From assembly GCA_030141605.1 (NCBI GenBank), contig JAQGDQ010000242.1:277279-341278 (forward strand): a stretch of 64,000 nt of DNA, in the 5' to 3' direction. This document shows positions 34,401 to 48,176 of this stretch, in pieces. This stretch comes from Tubiluchus corallicola (lineage: Eukaryota > Animalia > Priapulida). Numbering within the stretch: the stretch's first letter is position 1; each line of letters starts with the position of its first letter. A model generated the notes under the pieces. The model saw nothing but the letters and a program-made list of their open reading frames with translations. It did not search any database and had not been told where the DNA came from. A program made the translations under genes and the position numbers.

Positions 34401-37400
34401 TATTTGGATTGTTTTTGTCTTCTTTGTAGGTTCTAGTGCTGCAGCTAAATCTGACCAAGAAACTCCAATTTCTGTAGAAGCTACACAAGTAGCAAAAACA
34501 AATAGTGAACAGGACAGCCATAAGCCAGCTCCTAGCGCTGTAGAGAAAGAAAAAACAGGTGAGAAGGAGGAGCAAGATGATGGCTCAGCAAAATCATCAG
34601 ACACCATCAAATCATCGAAGCCGCTGGATTCTAACATCAGCAGTTCTGAGGATGGTGTTTCTGCGCTTGATGCCATTTGGTCACTGGAGGAGAAAGAACG
34701 TGTGTTTCACTGTGTATCTAAGGTGTTTCTAATCAATTTTCCATTATATGCTGCTTTCAAGCATGGAGCACATTCCAATGGTGAGGTAAGATTTTCTAAA
34801 ATTGTAGTTATTAAACTAGGATATTTAGTCATTAAACCGAGATATCACTATGCTATAATTATGCACACCGTTTGTTTCCTCATGTTGTAATTAATTATAT
34901 TTGCTCCATGTGAGCCATATGACTTCAGTTTTTTATTCCCACACATTGAGAGTCTGCTTACAGTAATTGTATTATATCTTTGGAAGTCACTAGGACGAAG
35001 TAAGATGTTTAAATTTAAAACAAAACCAGTTCCAATCTTAAACTGTAGGACAAAACAATCTACTCTTTAAAATATTGAAAAGGAACATACCATTTTTTTC
35101 AAAAGTGACAATGTGAAAGAATTATTACCACACAAACGCAATTTTGCATGGCACTAGTTCTTCACTGTTACATGCATTTTGCAATTTTACAATGCACTAG
35201 CGCCTGCATTTTGAAAACGCTTCACACAAAAAGCAGGTGCTGTGCCTCTCAGTTCAGATATGCTAGTGATGAAAATGTTCGACAGCTAATGCGTGAGCAC
35301 AGCGGTAAAATTGAAATTTGAATTTTTATCTTAAAACTTGTCTAGTTTTAGTACAACACACTAAATATCTTACACTAGCACTGTACTTTAATTTTCACCT
35401 TCGCAAACATGTACAACATGCTCGTGGAATATTTTTGCTGTTGAACATTATGTTCGTTTGTGATGTCGTGAATAGTTGGGCTCACGCGCCATTAATTAAG
35501 ATTTTAATCTATTATTTAATTATCAGAAATGCTTTTGCAGTTTTAGTTGTGTTAAAATGTATACTTTTTATCCGACTTGAATCTGGGGTAGAATATGGAA
35601 AATCATCCTGTCTTCCTTTAATCTTTGTTACCACTTACTAGTCTTACCACTTATGCCCAACAGTCCGACTATTTAAACTACGAAAAAATTTTTACACCAA
35701 AATTGAATTTATTGCCTTCCGGTTTCGAACAAACTATTCATTATCAAGGCATCTAAAACAAAGAAATTTACCAGAATTTAGATAGTCAAAAGATATATGA
35801 TAAACCATTATATTGATAATTTAGCAATTTACACCAATTTTAGATGCCTTGACGATTAACAGTGTGTTCGAAACCAGTCGGCAATAAATTCAGTTTTGGT
35901 GTAGTTACATCTATTTGCCAAATATGGATAATTAAAAATTTATTGTGCAAACAATTTTTCAGTATAGAAAATATCCTGGCTGACAGTAGCTAGTAAGGAA
36001 TTTGGTGCTGCTGTGCAGCATTATAATTATTTTTAAACTCAAGTCATTAAAGAGAGTGTTGTGGCATGCCATAATTTCTCACATTCTTGAGTTTAACATA
36101 GAAATGGGTCTGTATATTGCTAAGTAAGTGCAATGGTGATATTGCTTATGAGAAATTCATACTCTGATTGCAGTATTTTCATTGTACTGTGTTTTTTTTG
36201 TATATCCAGTTCTTGCTCCAGGCATTTTCACATAATTGGCTGTTGTAAAGTGTTTTTTGTACAACAGTCGTCTCTTCTACTCACACAATAACTTCGTCTT
36301 GAAATGGCTGTTGTAAAGTGTTTTTTGTACAACAGTCGTCGCTTCTACTCACACAATAACTTCGTCTTGGTTTGACACATTTCAGGAAACGGAGGTACCA
36401 ATGTATTTGTTGAAGAATGTATGCCATTTCTGTGATGAGGGAGGACTGAGAGCAATGAGTCAATCTTTCGAGAGCGCCGAGCCGAGAACATTCCCATTTC
36501 ACCTGGCTTATTCTCTAATCACTATCGTGGCTAATGTAAGTTCTAGGTTACTTGTTTTTTTTTGCTTTTAGTATGTATTTGTCGTTTATCGATGTAGTAT
36601 CATATAACCATATTTAGGAAAATACATTTTTAACTATGAGAGCATGTGTGTAAAAAACTGTGTATGATAATTGTAAATATTGACATTTTGGAATACATTT
36701 TGGCTTAAGTTATTCATTTTTTTGACAAATTAAGTACTTCTATTCATGATCAGTCTTTTCAGTTCTGGTGTATTTTGTTGTAGATAATATGTTTTTTCTT
36801 TGTTTTGTGCACTGAGCTTGTCATAATTTGTACTTTTGCAGCTGCGCCTTTGGATGAACATTCTTTCCGTGCTAAAGAACGTTATCCCACTAAGAACTAA
36901 TGTTATCAGGTAAGTGTCAGAGTAGCTGTTATTTTTGGATGTACGTAAGAAATAAGTTCTTGGTATTAGTGGTGGATGGTGAAAATATTTTTGCATAAGC
37001 TTATTTGGGTAGTGGGTTGGTGTCGGGATATACCATGCGGAATCATTTTCAGTCGTGAATTATTTGACTTTGATGCACAGATTCTTTAGAATTAGTTTTT
37101 TACCTGCTTGATGATTCACTCCTTTAGTTATATGAACCAAGTTAATGGAATGAAAGTGTTTTGAAAAATTGTTAATCTTTCCTTGATTATCAATTAACAA
37201 TTGCCAATAAATAGTAAGTCTCACATATGAATGCTAAGATTTTTTGAATTTTTTCTTTCTTAATTATTTTAATAAAAGTTACTGCATTTATAAGTACTAA
37301 AATTACACTTGTGTGTTCAGGTACATGTGTAAGTTATCAGATAGTGATTTGAGATTAGCTGGCACACGGAACATTGCCGAATTAATGTGGACGGGAATGC

Positions 37401-40400
37401 GTGACCCTGGAGATGGTCAAGTGACCTTTGATCAGGAGGGTTTGGACCTAGCCTACAAATTCTTCACGTCTTCTACTTTGACCCTCAGGATTGCTGGCAT
37501 TTCACAAATAAATGTGAGTTGAAATAAGTTGATGGTTCTTAGTTTTTGAAGTTCTGCTTATCATTGGTTAACTAGTGTGTTTCAGTACTAGCTATTTGAC
37601 TTGTTGTTCGTATGAATGTTCAACATGTGATTCCCTTGTGTTATATATGTGTGCTGGCACAGCAAAAATGTCTGTAAGTTGATGATTGGGCTTTTCTATT
37701 TATTCACATATCTTGAATCTCCATTTCATGAGAATCATTTTGATAACAAGCTCATCGCTCTGTGTTAGCTCTAACTTGAGATAATCCACGTCGAAGTTGA
37801 GGGGCACATTGAAAAACATAACCTTGAGAAAATCGCTGTTAAATGTTGAGTTTCTACAAAAACACTTAGTAATCACACAAAAGGCTGGTTCCTATGGATT
37901 TTGTAAGAGCACAATTGATTTATGTTTAAATATAGTAGATATCATAACATAGTTTTAACTGTACCAACTTACTGACAGTTTTGGTTTGCAAGCATATATA
38001 TAATGTTGCATGACGCGTATTGTTCTTAAGCATTTGACTTTTTTTCAGAACTACATTAATGATTTGTGCCAAAATGAGAACATAGAAGATGACAAGTAAG
38101 TGAGGTTTTATTCTTAAAACAGATCAATTTAGTTCTATTGTGCTTTTCTACAGTGCTTTTTTATCTGTGCAATTTTGCCCTTTATACAGGGCAAAACATT
38201 TTTTGCATCCAAAAACAGGATAATTTTTAACTTTTTTATAGTTGTAATCAAATTTTAAGGAAGTGGTTTTTAAATGACTTATGTTCTGTGTCTCTGCTAA
38301 AGCATTTTACAGTGTTTTAATACATTGATTCTATTTAGCAGCGTATATTAAGTTAATAATTGTTAGTTTGTTTAGCATTTGTTGTAAAGTTTTCTGTTGT
38401 ATTATACGTTTTGATATTGAGAATTTATAATTTGTCACATTTGGTATTTTTCAGTGAACAACATATCCAAGTGACTAAGGCTGCCAACAGTCTTGCATGC
38501 TGGCTGTTAAACAATAAAATTATTGAGAATCTGTTTGGGCCGAATCTTCACGTAGAAGTAAGCAATTGCTTTTTACTTCCCGCAAGAAAAATAAATAATT
38601 GCTAAAAAATAATTTAATTTCGGTTGGAAAAGTGAATGAAAAATACAAAAAGTCGTTGTTGTTGTTGTTGTCGTCTTCGTATTTGTTGTTGTCATTTTGT
38701 GTTGCTGCTGCTGCGACTGTTGCTTAAGTTTACATTGACACTGTTCTCATCAGGTTTTTACTGGTACATAACTGTGTGTGCTGACAGTATTAGATCATAC
38801 AAGCAATGTTAATACAGTTTTCAGTCTAAGTTGTTTGTAGCATTTTGCTACAACTGTCAAGGAAACACCATGGAAACTACAAAGTTTATGTGATTCTGCA
38901 GTGGTCCTCCTACGCTTTCCCGTTTTGGTGTGTGATTCTCCGAAACTGTAACCTCCACAAATTCCGTGGTAGTGCACTACTTGCTAAAGCATTTTACTTG
39001 ACAAGTTTTCTTTTCTCACTGATGACAATGATTGGCCTGTTACAAAGAAAACTCCCAAGCATTGTTGCGTTTATATTTATTTTATTCTATTAAAGTAGAT
39101 TTTTGCTACTGTGATTGACTGAGTTACATAGAGTGCAAGTGAAGGAGTGAGTGAGTAAGTAGGTGAGTTGTGATTAGACAAATAAGAGACTGATTGAATT
39201 AGTAATGCGTAGTCTGTGAGATCTTGCTAAAGGCACTCTAGGATTTTATAATACTTCAATGCTTTTTTACAAGTTTCATTTTAATTTGTAGCAGTAATCT
39301 TTTAATGCTACTAATTCTTATCATTATGTTTCTGTTTTTAGCTTGTCAAGCAAAGCCACTCTGTACTAAACTTTTTAGCTGTAGAAGGAAAAATTACTAA
39401 TAATCACCTGGACTGTGTGTGGGCAGCTGCTCAGGTATGTATTTTTTAGTCGAGTGAACAAAACCATTGTAATTCTTATGACTAGAGGTGTGTGTACCCG
39501 CTGGAAAACACTGGTTCACAAGTTGTGAAAAGAAACGCTTAACAACTTGTATCACACAGTTCGTTCACAACTTGTACAGAACTTGTTTGGCTCAGAAGTT
39601 GTATAAAATAGTTGGTTCACAAGTTATATAAAATAATTTGTTCAGAAGTTATACAAAATAATTGGTTCACAAGATATATAAAATAATTGACTCACAAGTT
39701 GTAAAAAATGGTCGACAAATTGTACTAAACAATTGGTTTGCAGGTTGTACAAAATAGTTAATTTGCAAATTAATTGTTTGTTTGCAAATTAATAGCCTCG
39801 CAAATTATCTAGTCAAGTTAGATTTATAGTGCATACTTTATTATATGTCTACTGGTTTACAAGTTGTAAAAAGGAGTAGTTCACAAGTTGCACATTTGTG
39901 CTTTCTTATCTTAAAAAAAATTAGAACAGCATGGTTTGCACTGAGACAGTCATTGTTTGTACTTTTCTCTTTACTGTGAGTGGCTTCGTGTTCTGTTTCA
40001 GGACTATGCTTTGTGAATTACCTTCTTTCCTTAGCCTATTTTATAGATAACTGTGGTTGTTTTTAATTAGATGAAGCACTGTAGTAGACAAGTTCATGAT
40101 GTACTGGCTTCGTTAATTAAGAATCTTGAACCAGTGTGTGTCCAACATCTTTACTCACTGCTTGGAGAGTTAGACTTGTCTGCACATACTGAACAGGTAA
40201 CAGTTTTGGTGGTTTTGGAGTGTTTTTGAACAAATTATTGTTTTTTTATTACATTTTCATGTAGAATAGTAACAGCAAATTAATAAGTCTGTTGTTGCAA
40301 ACAATAGTAACGCAAAATAGTAATTGAAAAGACGCACTGCACTGTTCATTGTTGACAAAATTACGTTGATTTTTTTAATAGAGTTCTTAAGCTTAAAATT

Positions 40401-43400
40401 ATTTATTTATTTATTATTATGTACTCAAATGATACAGTACGTATTAGTAAACGATACTGTGCACATAGAAAACAACATAATACAATGCAGGTGCAAACAA
40501 CGAGTGATAATAACAAGATTACAAGTGTACAACAATCATACAATCACACAGTAACAATTATTCAAATACAAGCAAATAATAATAATAGTAAATTATAATT
40601 GCAAAACACATACATCATATTTAACAAGTACAGAAAAAAGAAGATGGCAACAGTAGAAGGCGTTTATATATGTATTATTAAACATATATATATATACAGA
40701 TTAAACTGTCAAGACCTAGTTGAGCAAAAATTTTAATTCACTATATGCAAACCCATGTATCTGCGATGTCATGTTATCATGTACATATATCAGCAGCAAT
40801 TGACAGGTAAATTTCATCATTATTAGAAACTTATTAGAAACTGCAGATACGATGATATTAATTGTTTTTTTTGTATGTTGTAGACTCTATACTTGGCATC
40901 TGCGATTATCAAATTCATGTGGACCACAGGTGCTAATATACAAAGTATTGGCAAAGTTGCAGGTGTGTATTTAGTAAGCCTTTATGATCATGTCGTGATT
41001 CGTGATGCACACTTAGTAATTATCTTGCGGTTCGTTACCAGTCCGTCTGCCAGATCAGTATAACTTGTTTTACCAGGTTCATGTTTATTTTAGATGATAT
41101 TCATGTGGATGAGGAATGTTCGAGCAGCAGCAGCAGTAGCAGTAGCAGCTCAACAGATAACAGTGTTAGCGCACATGCTGGCCACAGTGATGAAGAACAA
41201 CATATCGTTGTGCCACCTATGGTATGCATTTTCAATCTGTAAATATATGATGACCTTTAATGTTAATAAATTTTGCCTGTTTCCTGAGTTGAAAAAGTTT
41301 CAGCACCGATTTGCAATATTGAAATGTCATAAAAAAGCTGCAAAAGTATGTATGTATATCTGTATGTAGCCTGTTAAATTTGGCTATATAACTATGGAAA
41401 AAATATATATAAAAATTAGTCTTTCGTTATGGAACACAAATTTTTTGTTATGGCACGTACTAATTACGAACTAAGATAGTGTAGAGGACATTTTTAGCTA
41501 TTTTTGTAATCAGACACATTTTACTGTTTTCGCATTGTTATTGCCTTTTTATTTCTTTTTATCTGATGACAAAAAAATTTGCTGAAAATAAAACATGTTT
41601 TTAAAGTTCCATTTCCTCTTGCTGTTACCACATATTGCTTGTAGTCCCAACAGATTTTTTTTTATTTTACTTTGATTACCTAGGACGAAGGTAGTGAAGA
41701 GGAGGGATCTAGCATTTATAGTCCCCCTATTTCTGATCACTCTCCGCAGCGTCACATTTGCTCCGAGCACATGATTAAGAGGCGACATATGGTTGTGCAT
41801 TTGGAGGACGTCGCTCCTTACGTAATGGAGCATGAAGACAGCGACTCTGGTGGGTTTATTTTTGTTAATTTTGCTACTAACAAAGATGTTCATTGTGCTG
41901 GTGTGTGCATTGCTATAGCAGGCCAGTATGGTAAAAGGCAAAATGTATGCATTGTGACTTCAGTATGGTTATTCAGGAATTTTTGTGATAGAGAGTAGTG
42001 CAATCAGACCCTTCTTGTACCATACAATCATTATGGCTGCAGTATAAGGATATAGGAAATGAATACAGTAGTTGCTGTTTAATAAAACCACAGATAGTAG
42101 ATCCAGCTGCATTTCAGAGCCATTTTGGCACATTCCGGAATATTACTCCCATCGAAATTATTGATAAGAAATTTCGGTTAGTGAAACCAGTAAATTCATC
42201 AATTGTTTGTCTTTTGAATAAGCCTTTTCACAGTTTTGTTGTGTGCATGTACAATTGTTGCAAGTCGTGCATACCTCACCGGAGCGTCTTAACTGCAATT
42301 GTCACTTGACATGTGTGTAAATCAAAGCCGCCTGCCGCATCGGTACAGTAACTTCAGTTTTTTATGTGGACTTTACTTAAATATGCATTAGTCTGTGCGA
42401 CGTGTGCGTAGAGTGCTTGGGAACTTTTTAAAACTGTTAGTATTACAATAGCTTGGGATGCAAGGTATTGCAAAGTGAACACAAATGCTCTGGTACAGTT
42501 AACATTTCACCTTTTTACGATCATCATCAATCGCTGGAGTTGTGAAAAGGCTCATTATTTCAGCATTAAGCACATGATGGAAAGGGGTGAACCATGATCA
42601 CTCCACATTAGTGCACTAGGTTTACTTTGCCGATCTTTGAGCATTTCACTAGTTAAAACTAACAGTTTATTGGTGCAGAGCCAGTGGTCCTGTTACGTTT
42701 GTGAGATCTGATTTTAAATATATTGCAGACGTGAATTTTGCTGTTGCTGTTTTTTCCAGTTGATCTTGATGAGGAAGAAATGGAGTTGTACAGATTAAAG
42801 AAACGCTCTCACGATGTTAGTGAATGTCGTAATGCTGATGGTGCTAGTGATCATGAAGAGAGCGTCCCTCCTGCAAGACGGCAGCGGCTAGAAATCAGTA
42901 AAACTAGCTCATTTCTAGGTGCGCACAAAAAATCTCCGCATTCCGGAAATTCTGTATTAGACAGGGACAAAGAAAACTTACTTCCGCCGGAAAAAAGTGA
43001 TGCATCGGATGACAAGAGGCTGCCTGTGAAAGATGCGTCAGTCTCACGCGAAGGTTCTACTGATGTTCATGAAACAGAACCGGAACATGAACTCGGCGAT
43101 AAGTTAGACGATACGGGTATACATAGTGAAACACCAAATAATGCAGTTTGTTCAAGTAGTATTAGAGATGATCACCTAGAGGAGGTGGGAGAGATGGAAG
43201 CTGAGGATGAAGAGGAGGAAGAAGTGTATGACTGTAGGGGCAAACTTAAGGAACTAGCAGAAATGGAAGAAGCCGAGCAATTGGAATTCGAAGAACATGC
43301 GTAAGTTAATTTATGAACATCCTATTCTTTTTGTGTGTTTTCTAACTTTTGGTAAGGTGCTTCAGTTTCTAAAACTGTTCATATTAACCAGTAAATATTA

Positions 43401-46400
43401 ATTGGTAGCCTTATACCTTATAATTATTGAAGTGTTTTACCGAGGCCAGCCACAATATCAGTTGGGAGGGAGGAAAAAAGTTTTCAAAATTTTTTTTAAA
43501 AGCTTTGTGAATGGTTAAAGCCGAATTGTGGAACATTTGAAATGAGTTGAAATAAGTTTGTTCACTTCCCACTGATTAGCAGTAATGTTTTAAATTTTTT
43601 CAATGCACATTTTTTCACGCTTTGTTTTTTTAGTTTCGCTTTATTAAATTATCGTATAATTATCGATTAGTGTATAGTCTCTTTTTTGCATCATGAATGT
43701 GTATGTTCTGATAATTATGGTATAAGCGACACTACTGCTTGGCCATTTTTACACCGATTTGGTGAAAAATTGGATACTTTTTAGCCTCCTATATAATGAG
43801 CATTGTACAAAATGGCAATCCTGGCCCAAAGTTTGCCGTGGAAGGCATGGCTGCGTCTTGCATTCCCTGTAAGAACAATGTTATAGTAATTACTGTGTTT
43901 TACATTTAAATTAAATTACTGTGTTTTAAATTAAAAAATACCCTTTTATATGACTGGCTCATTTCGATATCATTACTTCTTTAAAAGTTTTTTAGTTTTT
44001 TGATCTTTTGCATAAATGACTGTTTCTCTCTATGACACGATCTTCACAAAATTTCTTAGGCTAAAAATATAGATTCATTTTCAATGAACAGTGGCAGAAA
44101 ATTTTAGCACAAGTTTACTTCTGTTTTTTATTTTTTCATGAGTTGCACGGAGATGGTTACGATCATCTTGCGTTCTATTGGGTGCCATTTTAGTTTTATA
44201 TTTATATTTTGTAGGGAGTTACTCAATGAAATCTTGAGTCCAGATGGTAGTTGTAACAGCTCACATGCCAGTAACAAGTCCGACAAGAACCTAGCCGATT
44301 TTGAAGGCGAACTTTCGGGCGGCGAGGATGAACTGGCTCAGCTGCGGGAGGTTACGGCTAGTTTGGATCCTTGCCACATGCATCATTTGACCGCTTTGTA
44401 TCACAATCATCATGCTGAACAGGAAGGTGAGAGTTTTGTAGAAAGTTAAGTTTATCTGTTGTTGGCATCCTTCTGTCTTGGAAGACAATGGAGTGTGCGC
44501 CAAGAGAGTCAGTTATTGATCACATTGATGGAGCCGCAGCGTCGACTGTGGCTGAGCAATCCGATCCTTGAACGTCTCCAGGGCGCACGCCTGGGCAAGG
44601 TGTATGGAGATCCTGAGTTGCCCAGACCGCAGGAACCCCCTCTCTTGCTCCCTGGTGTAGTCCAAAGGAAAGCGGAACGATACATTTGGCACCAGATTGG
44701 CTGCAGGAGTTGCCGGAGCATGCTGCACTGGTCCGCCTTCGGGGCTCCACTCCTGATTTGGAAGGTTTACTCCTCTACACATGGCCGTTGGGTTACTTGA
44801 CCTCCTCCGCCTTCTAGCCATTGGCTGCTTGTGCAGCTCCTCCGCCTAGTGTCGAGATACAGTGTGGGCATCCCGCAAGCCTACAGTACCTGGTATTCCT
44901 AGGCGGTCACCCATCCAAGTACTAACCAGGCTCTACGTTGCTTAACTTCGGTGATCAGACGAGAACCGGTGTTTTCAACGTGATTTGGCCGTAGTAGTTT
45001 ATAAGTAGGCATTTTTACCTTAGTTTCCATTTGCTACAGAATTTGTGTTTTGGATAGAATGGATGGCATTGAACATTAACTTTCTGGTTTATTTCTTGTG
45101 GCTACTCTTCTTTTATCATCATGGCCTGTCCATCGAAATGAAATATTCCTGTGGTCATGTGAATGTCACGTCAGTGCAGTTTGATGAGAAAACATTTTCT
45201 AGCTATTTTGTGAATTTATTAAGGAAATAAAATATTTGGTAATTTGCATATGAAAGCCTTTAAAATTTTTTTATAAACATTCATTTGAAGTAATTGCCTT
45301 TGACAAACAGGAAATTAATGCTGATCGGGTTGCCTCAGCACAAGATTTACAGGAGGGCACTTTGACAGGAAAAACAAGTCTATCACAAAATATATATAGC
45401 TATTCCAAGTGTTAATTAAAATAATTAAAACCATTAGATGAACCAATATATTGCTGTGCCAGGTTAGTACGATGACGTTCTGTTCATAACTTAGTAGAGA
45501 ACAACCGGAAATAAAAACTGATCTTTTTAATTGTGGGTCAAAGTTATTTATATTAAAAGATAATGTTTTTGTTTGGTGTAGGTTTGTTAGTCACTCTTTC
45601 GTCTCCTCTTTATTAACAACATACAAAAGGCAATCGAGCAAAAAATGTTTGATGTATTCAATTTGAAAACCACACATACGATGTGCTAAGAGTTTATTAT
45701 CATTTTGGATAGCTTAAGATACTTTGTGTTCTTACTGTACAGCCTAACAGTTCATGGCTGATGATTATACTCATTTTTGCATTTAGTTATTTAAATTTTG
45801 GTTTTGCTTCTGGTATTACCAGCCTTTGAATTTCAGCTCTACTTTTTCTAGTGTTCTTTGTCCATTTCACAGTAATTTACATTTCAAGACTTTTGACAGT
45901 CTTTATCACTAGTGTTGAAAATATTTTTACTTTTTGCAGCCCAAAGAGCATACAAAGGTCTGCCCATGCTCCACCTGGTGGAGGTTAGTGACGGAGAGCG
46001 ATGTCGACAGGTGTTCGCATTTGAGTTTGAACAAGTCTGTAAGCGAGGCAACACGCTGCTCTGGGATCTTTTGCAAGATGATAATGCCGTATGTATAAAA
46101 ATGTGATGCTTGTTTAGTGGGAATTTGTCAATATTGGGTACGCAGTTCAGTGAAAGTTTGTTCTGAATTCACCTTTGTTTTGCTAATTCGACTTTCACAT
46201 AAGTTTTAACATTATTAGTTTTGAGCTTTGGCGACAAATTTGTTAATGATCAATTATGTTTGATTGTGTTAAATTGCATTTGATTCAAATTTCATTTTTA
46301 ATTTGAGCTCAAATGTAATTGTCGTACTATTATAAATTTGCAAGAAAAGATATATAGTTGTTTATATGTTTAAAAAAATTATATATTTACTCTTACAGTG

Positions 46401-48106
46401 TTTGGTGATTGTTATTTTTTTTGTAGATTCATTTGAGTGAAGGACTAGCTCAAGAATGTGAGAAGGTGCTATGTAGTCTTCTATGCTGGCAGAGCGATAG
46501 AAACATCAGACTAAAGTTCATTGAAGGCTGTCTAGAAAATCTAGCTGAGAATAAGTATGGATGTGTTTTGTAACATAGAACTCATAGTTACAGTTGTTGT
46601 GGTTTTTGTTATACTGAAATCATATGTAAATGTAGGACGAAGTTTTTGTCAATGGTTTTCTCACTTATCGATAAATAATTAGTTTCAACGGGGAATCTTT
46701 AACCTCGTTTAAAACATAATTAGTGTTTCTGCCTTGTTGTAAGCTTTTAGAAAAGCTGCAAGTAATACAAAATTTAATCTGTCGTTTACAATTACTGCTT
46801 TTGAACATTTTCCTCAGATGACAATTTCATGCATGCCCGTCTATTATGACGAGATTTATTGCTAGTTTGTGACGCTCATAAACTTACATGCTCTTCACAT
46901 AAAGATGACTGTTTACAGACTCTCCACGCTTGTTCTGATTCCACTCATGTAATAACTGTGCTCACCAATCGATTTATTATTTTCTGCTTTATTTATGCCA
47001 TGAGAAAAATGCGGCAGAAAAAAATCAATAATGCCGTAACCCTAGAAACTAAACAACTTTTTAGTAACCTGTTGTCTTTGAAGTTTGACCAAAGTTTTCT
47101 TTGCACTGCAAGGAGTGGCAGCAAAGTTACTTGTATTTTTACCAGATTCAGCAGTCAGTTACTATAAAATGGCTTTTTTTATGTCACATCTAACGAAAGA
47201 CATTGATTCATTTAAGATTATTTTCACTTAACACTTTCATTTACAGGAAACTATTTGCCTTAGTAAGTAAAGATTTACTAAGAGTTTAAAGTTTATTTGA
47301 TAAATGAAACTATTCTTACTGAATTGAACCAACTAAATTTGTTTATTCCCTTTCAGGTCTGTTCTAATTTCATTGCGAATTTTGCCAAAACTGTTTGCTT
47401 CTTTTCAACAATATAGGACTGGTATAGACACACATTCAGTGGTAATGTAAGTTCATTAATGACAACATATAGCAACAATGCATAGTTATTTATTACATTC
47501 TTACTTGCCATAGACAAAAAAACATATTGCCATAAGTATAAGTCGTTTAATCTTTTGTTGTGGGGTGACTTGTAAGCTCTCAGTGTATGTTAAACACAAG
47601 TGCGTTTGGCTTGTATTGAAAATGTATTTTAATGTTTGTTATGGCTGCTTTTTTCGTGCAACTATTATAACATTGCAGCAACGTTGCTGATGTGTTATAT
47701 AATTATTATTAACTATTTGGTTTTATTGTAGGTGGGCTGAAAAGGAGCACAAGATGATGAAACATTTCTTCAACAATCTGACTGTTTATATGGACAATGT
47801 TAAAGCAGGAACTGTTGATTATGCATTGTAAGTTAACTTGCTAACTAATTTAACTTTAGTCAAAAAATATTTGACACAGTTTTGACTGTTTCGTGATGAC
47901 ATGTTTTAAGTCGCCAATTGAGTGTCAGACACACAGATTTTTGGCTGGTGCCAGTAAAGGGTGCTTTGGTTGTATATATTATTCATGCTATAATAGTAGT
48001 AGTAGTAGTACTCGTAGTGGTAGTGGTAGTGGTAGTGGTAGTGGTAGTGGTAGTGGTGGTGGTGGTAGTGGTAGTGGTAGTGGTAGTGGTAGTGGTAGTG
48101 GTAGTG

Positions 48107-48176
<70 letters not shown>

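Noticed and set aside
39511-39890. Repeat array superficially like a CRISPR
   Set aside because: Eukaryotic intron, degenerate contiguous units without unique spacers, no cas genes.
44459-44821. Four overlapping ORFs in a GC-rich block
   Set aside because: Stop-poor SINE body; only the SRIGLLSHSRRC remnant is meaningful.
44877-44995. Functional 5S rRNA gene
   Set aside because: Solitary, missing the first base, no oligo-T terminator, and enclosed with LINE-like sequence in one TSD.
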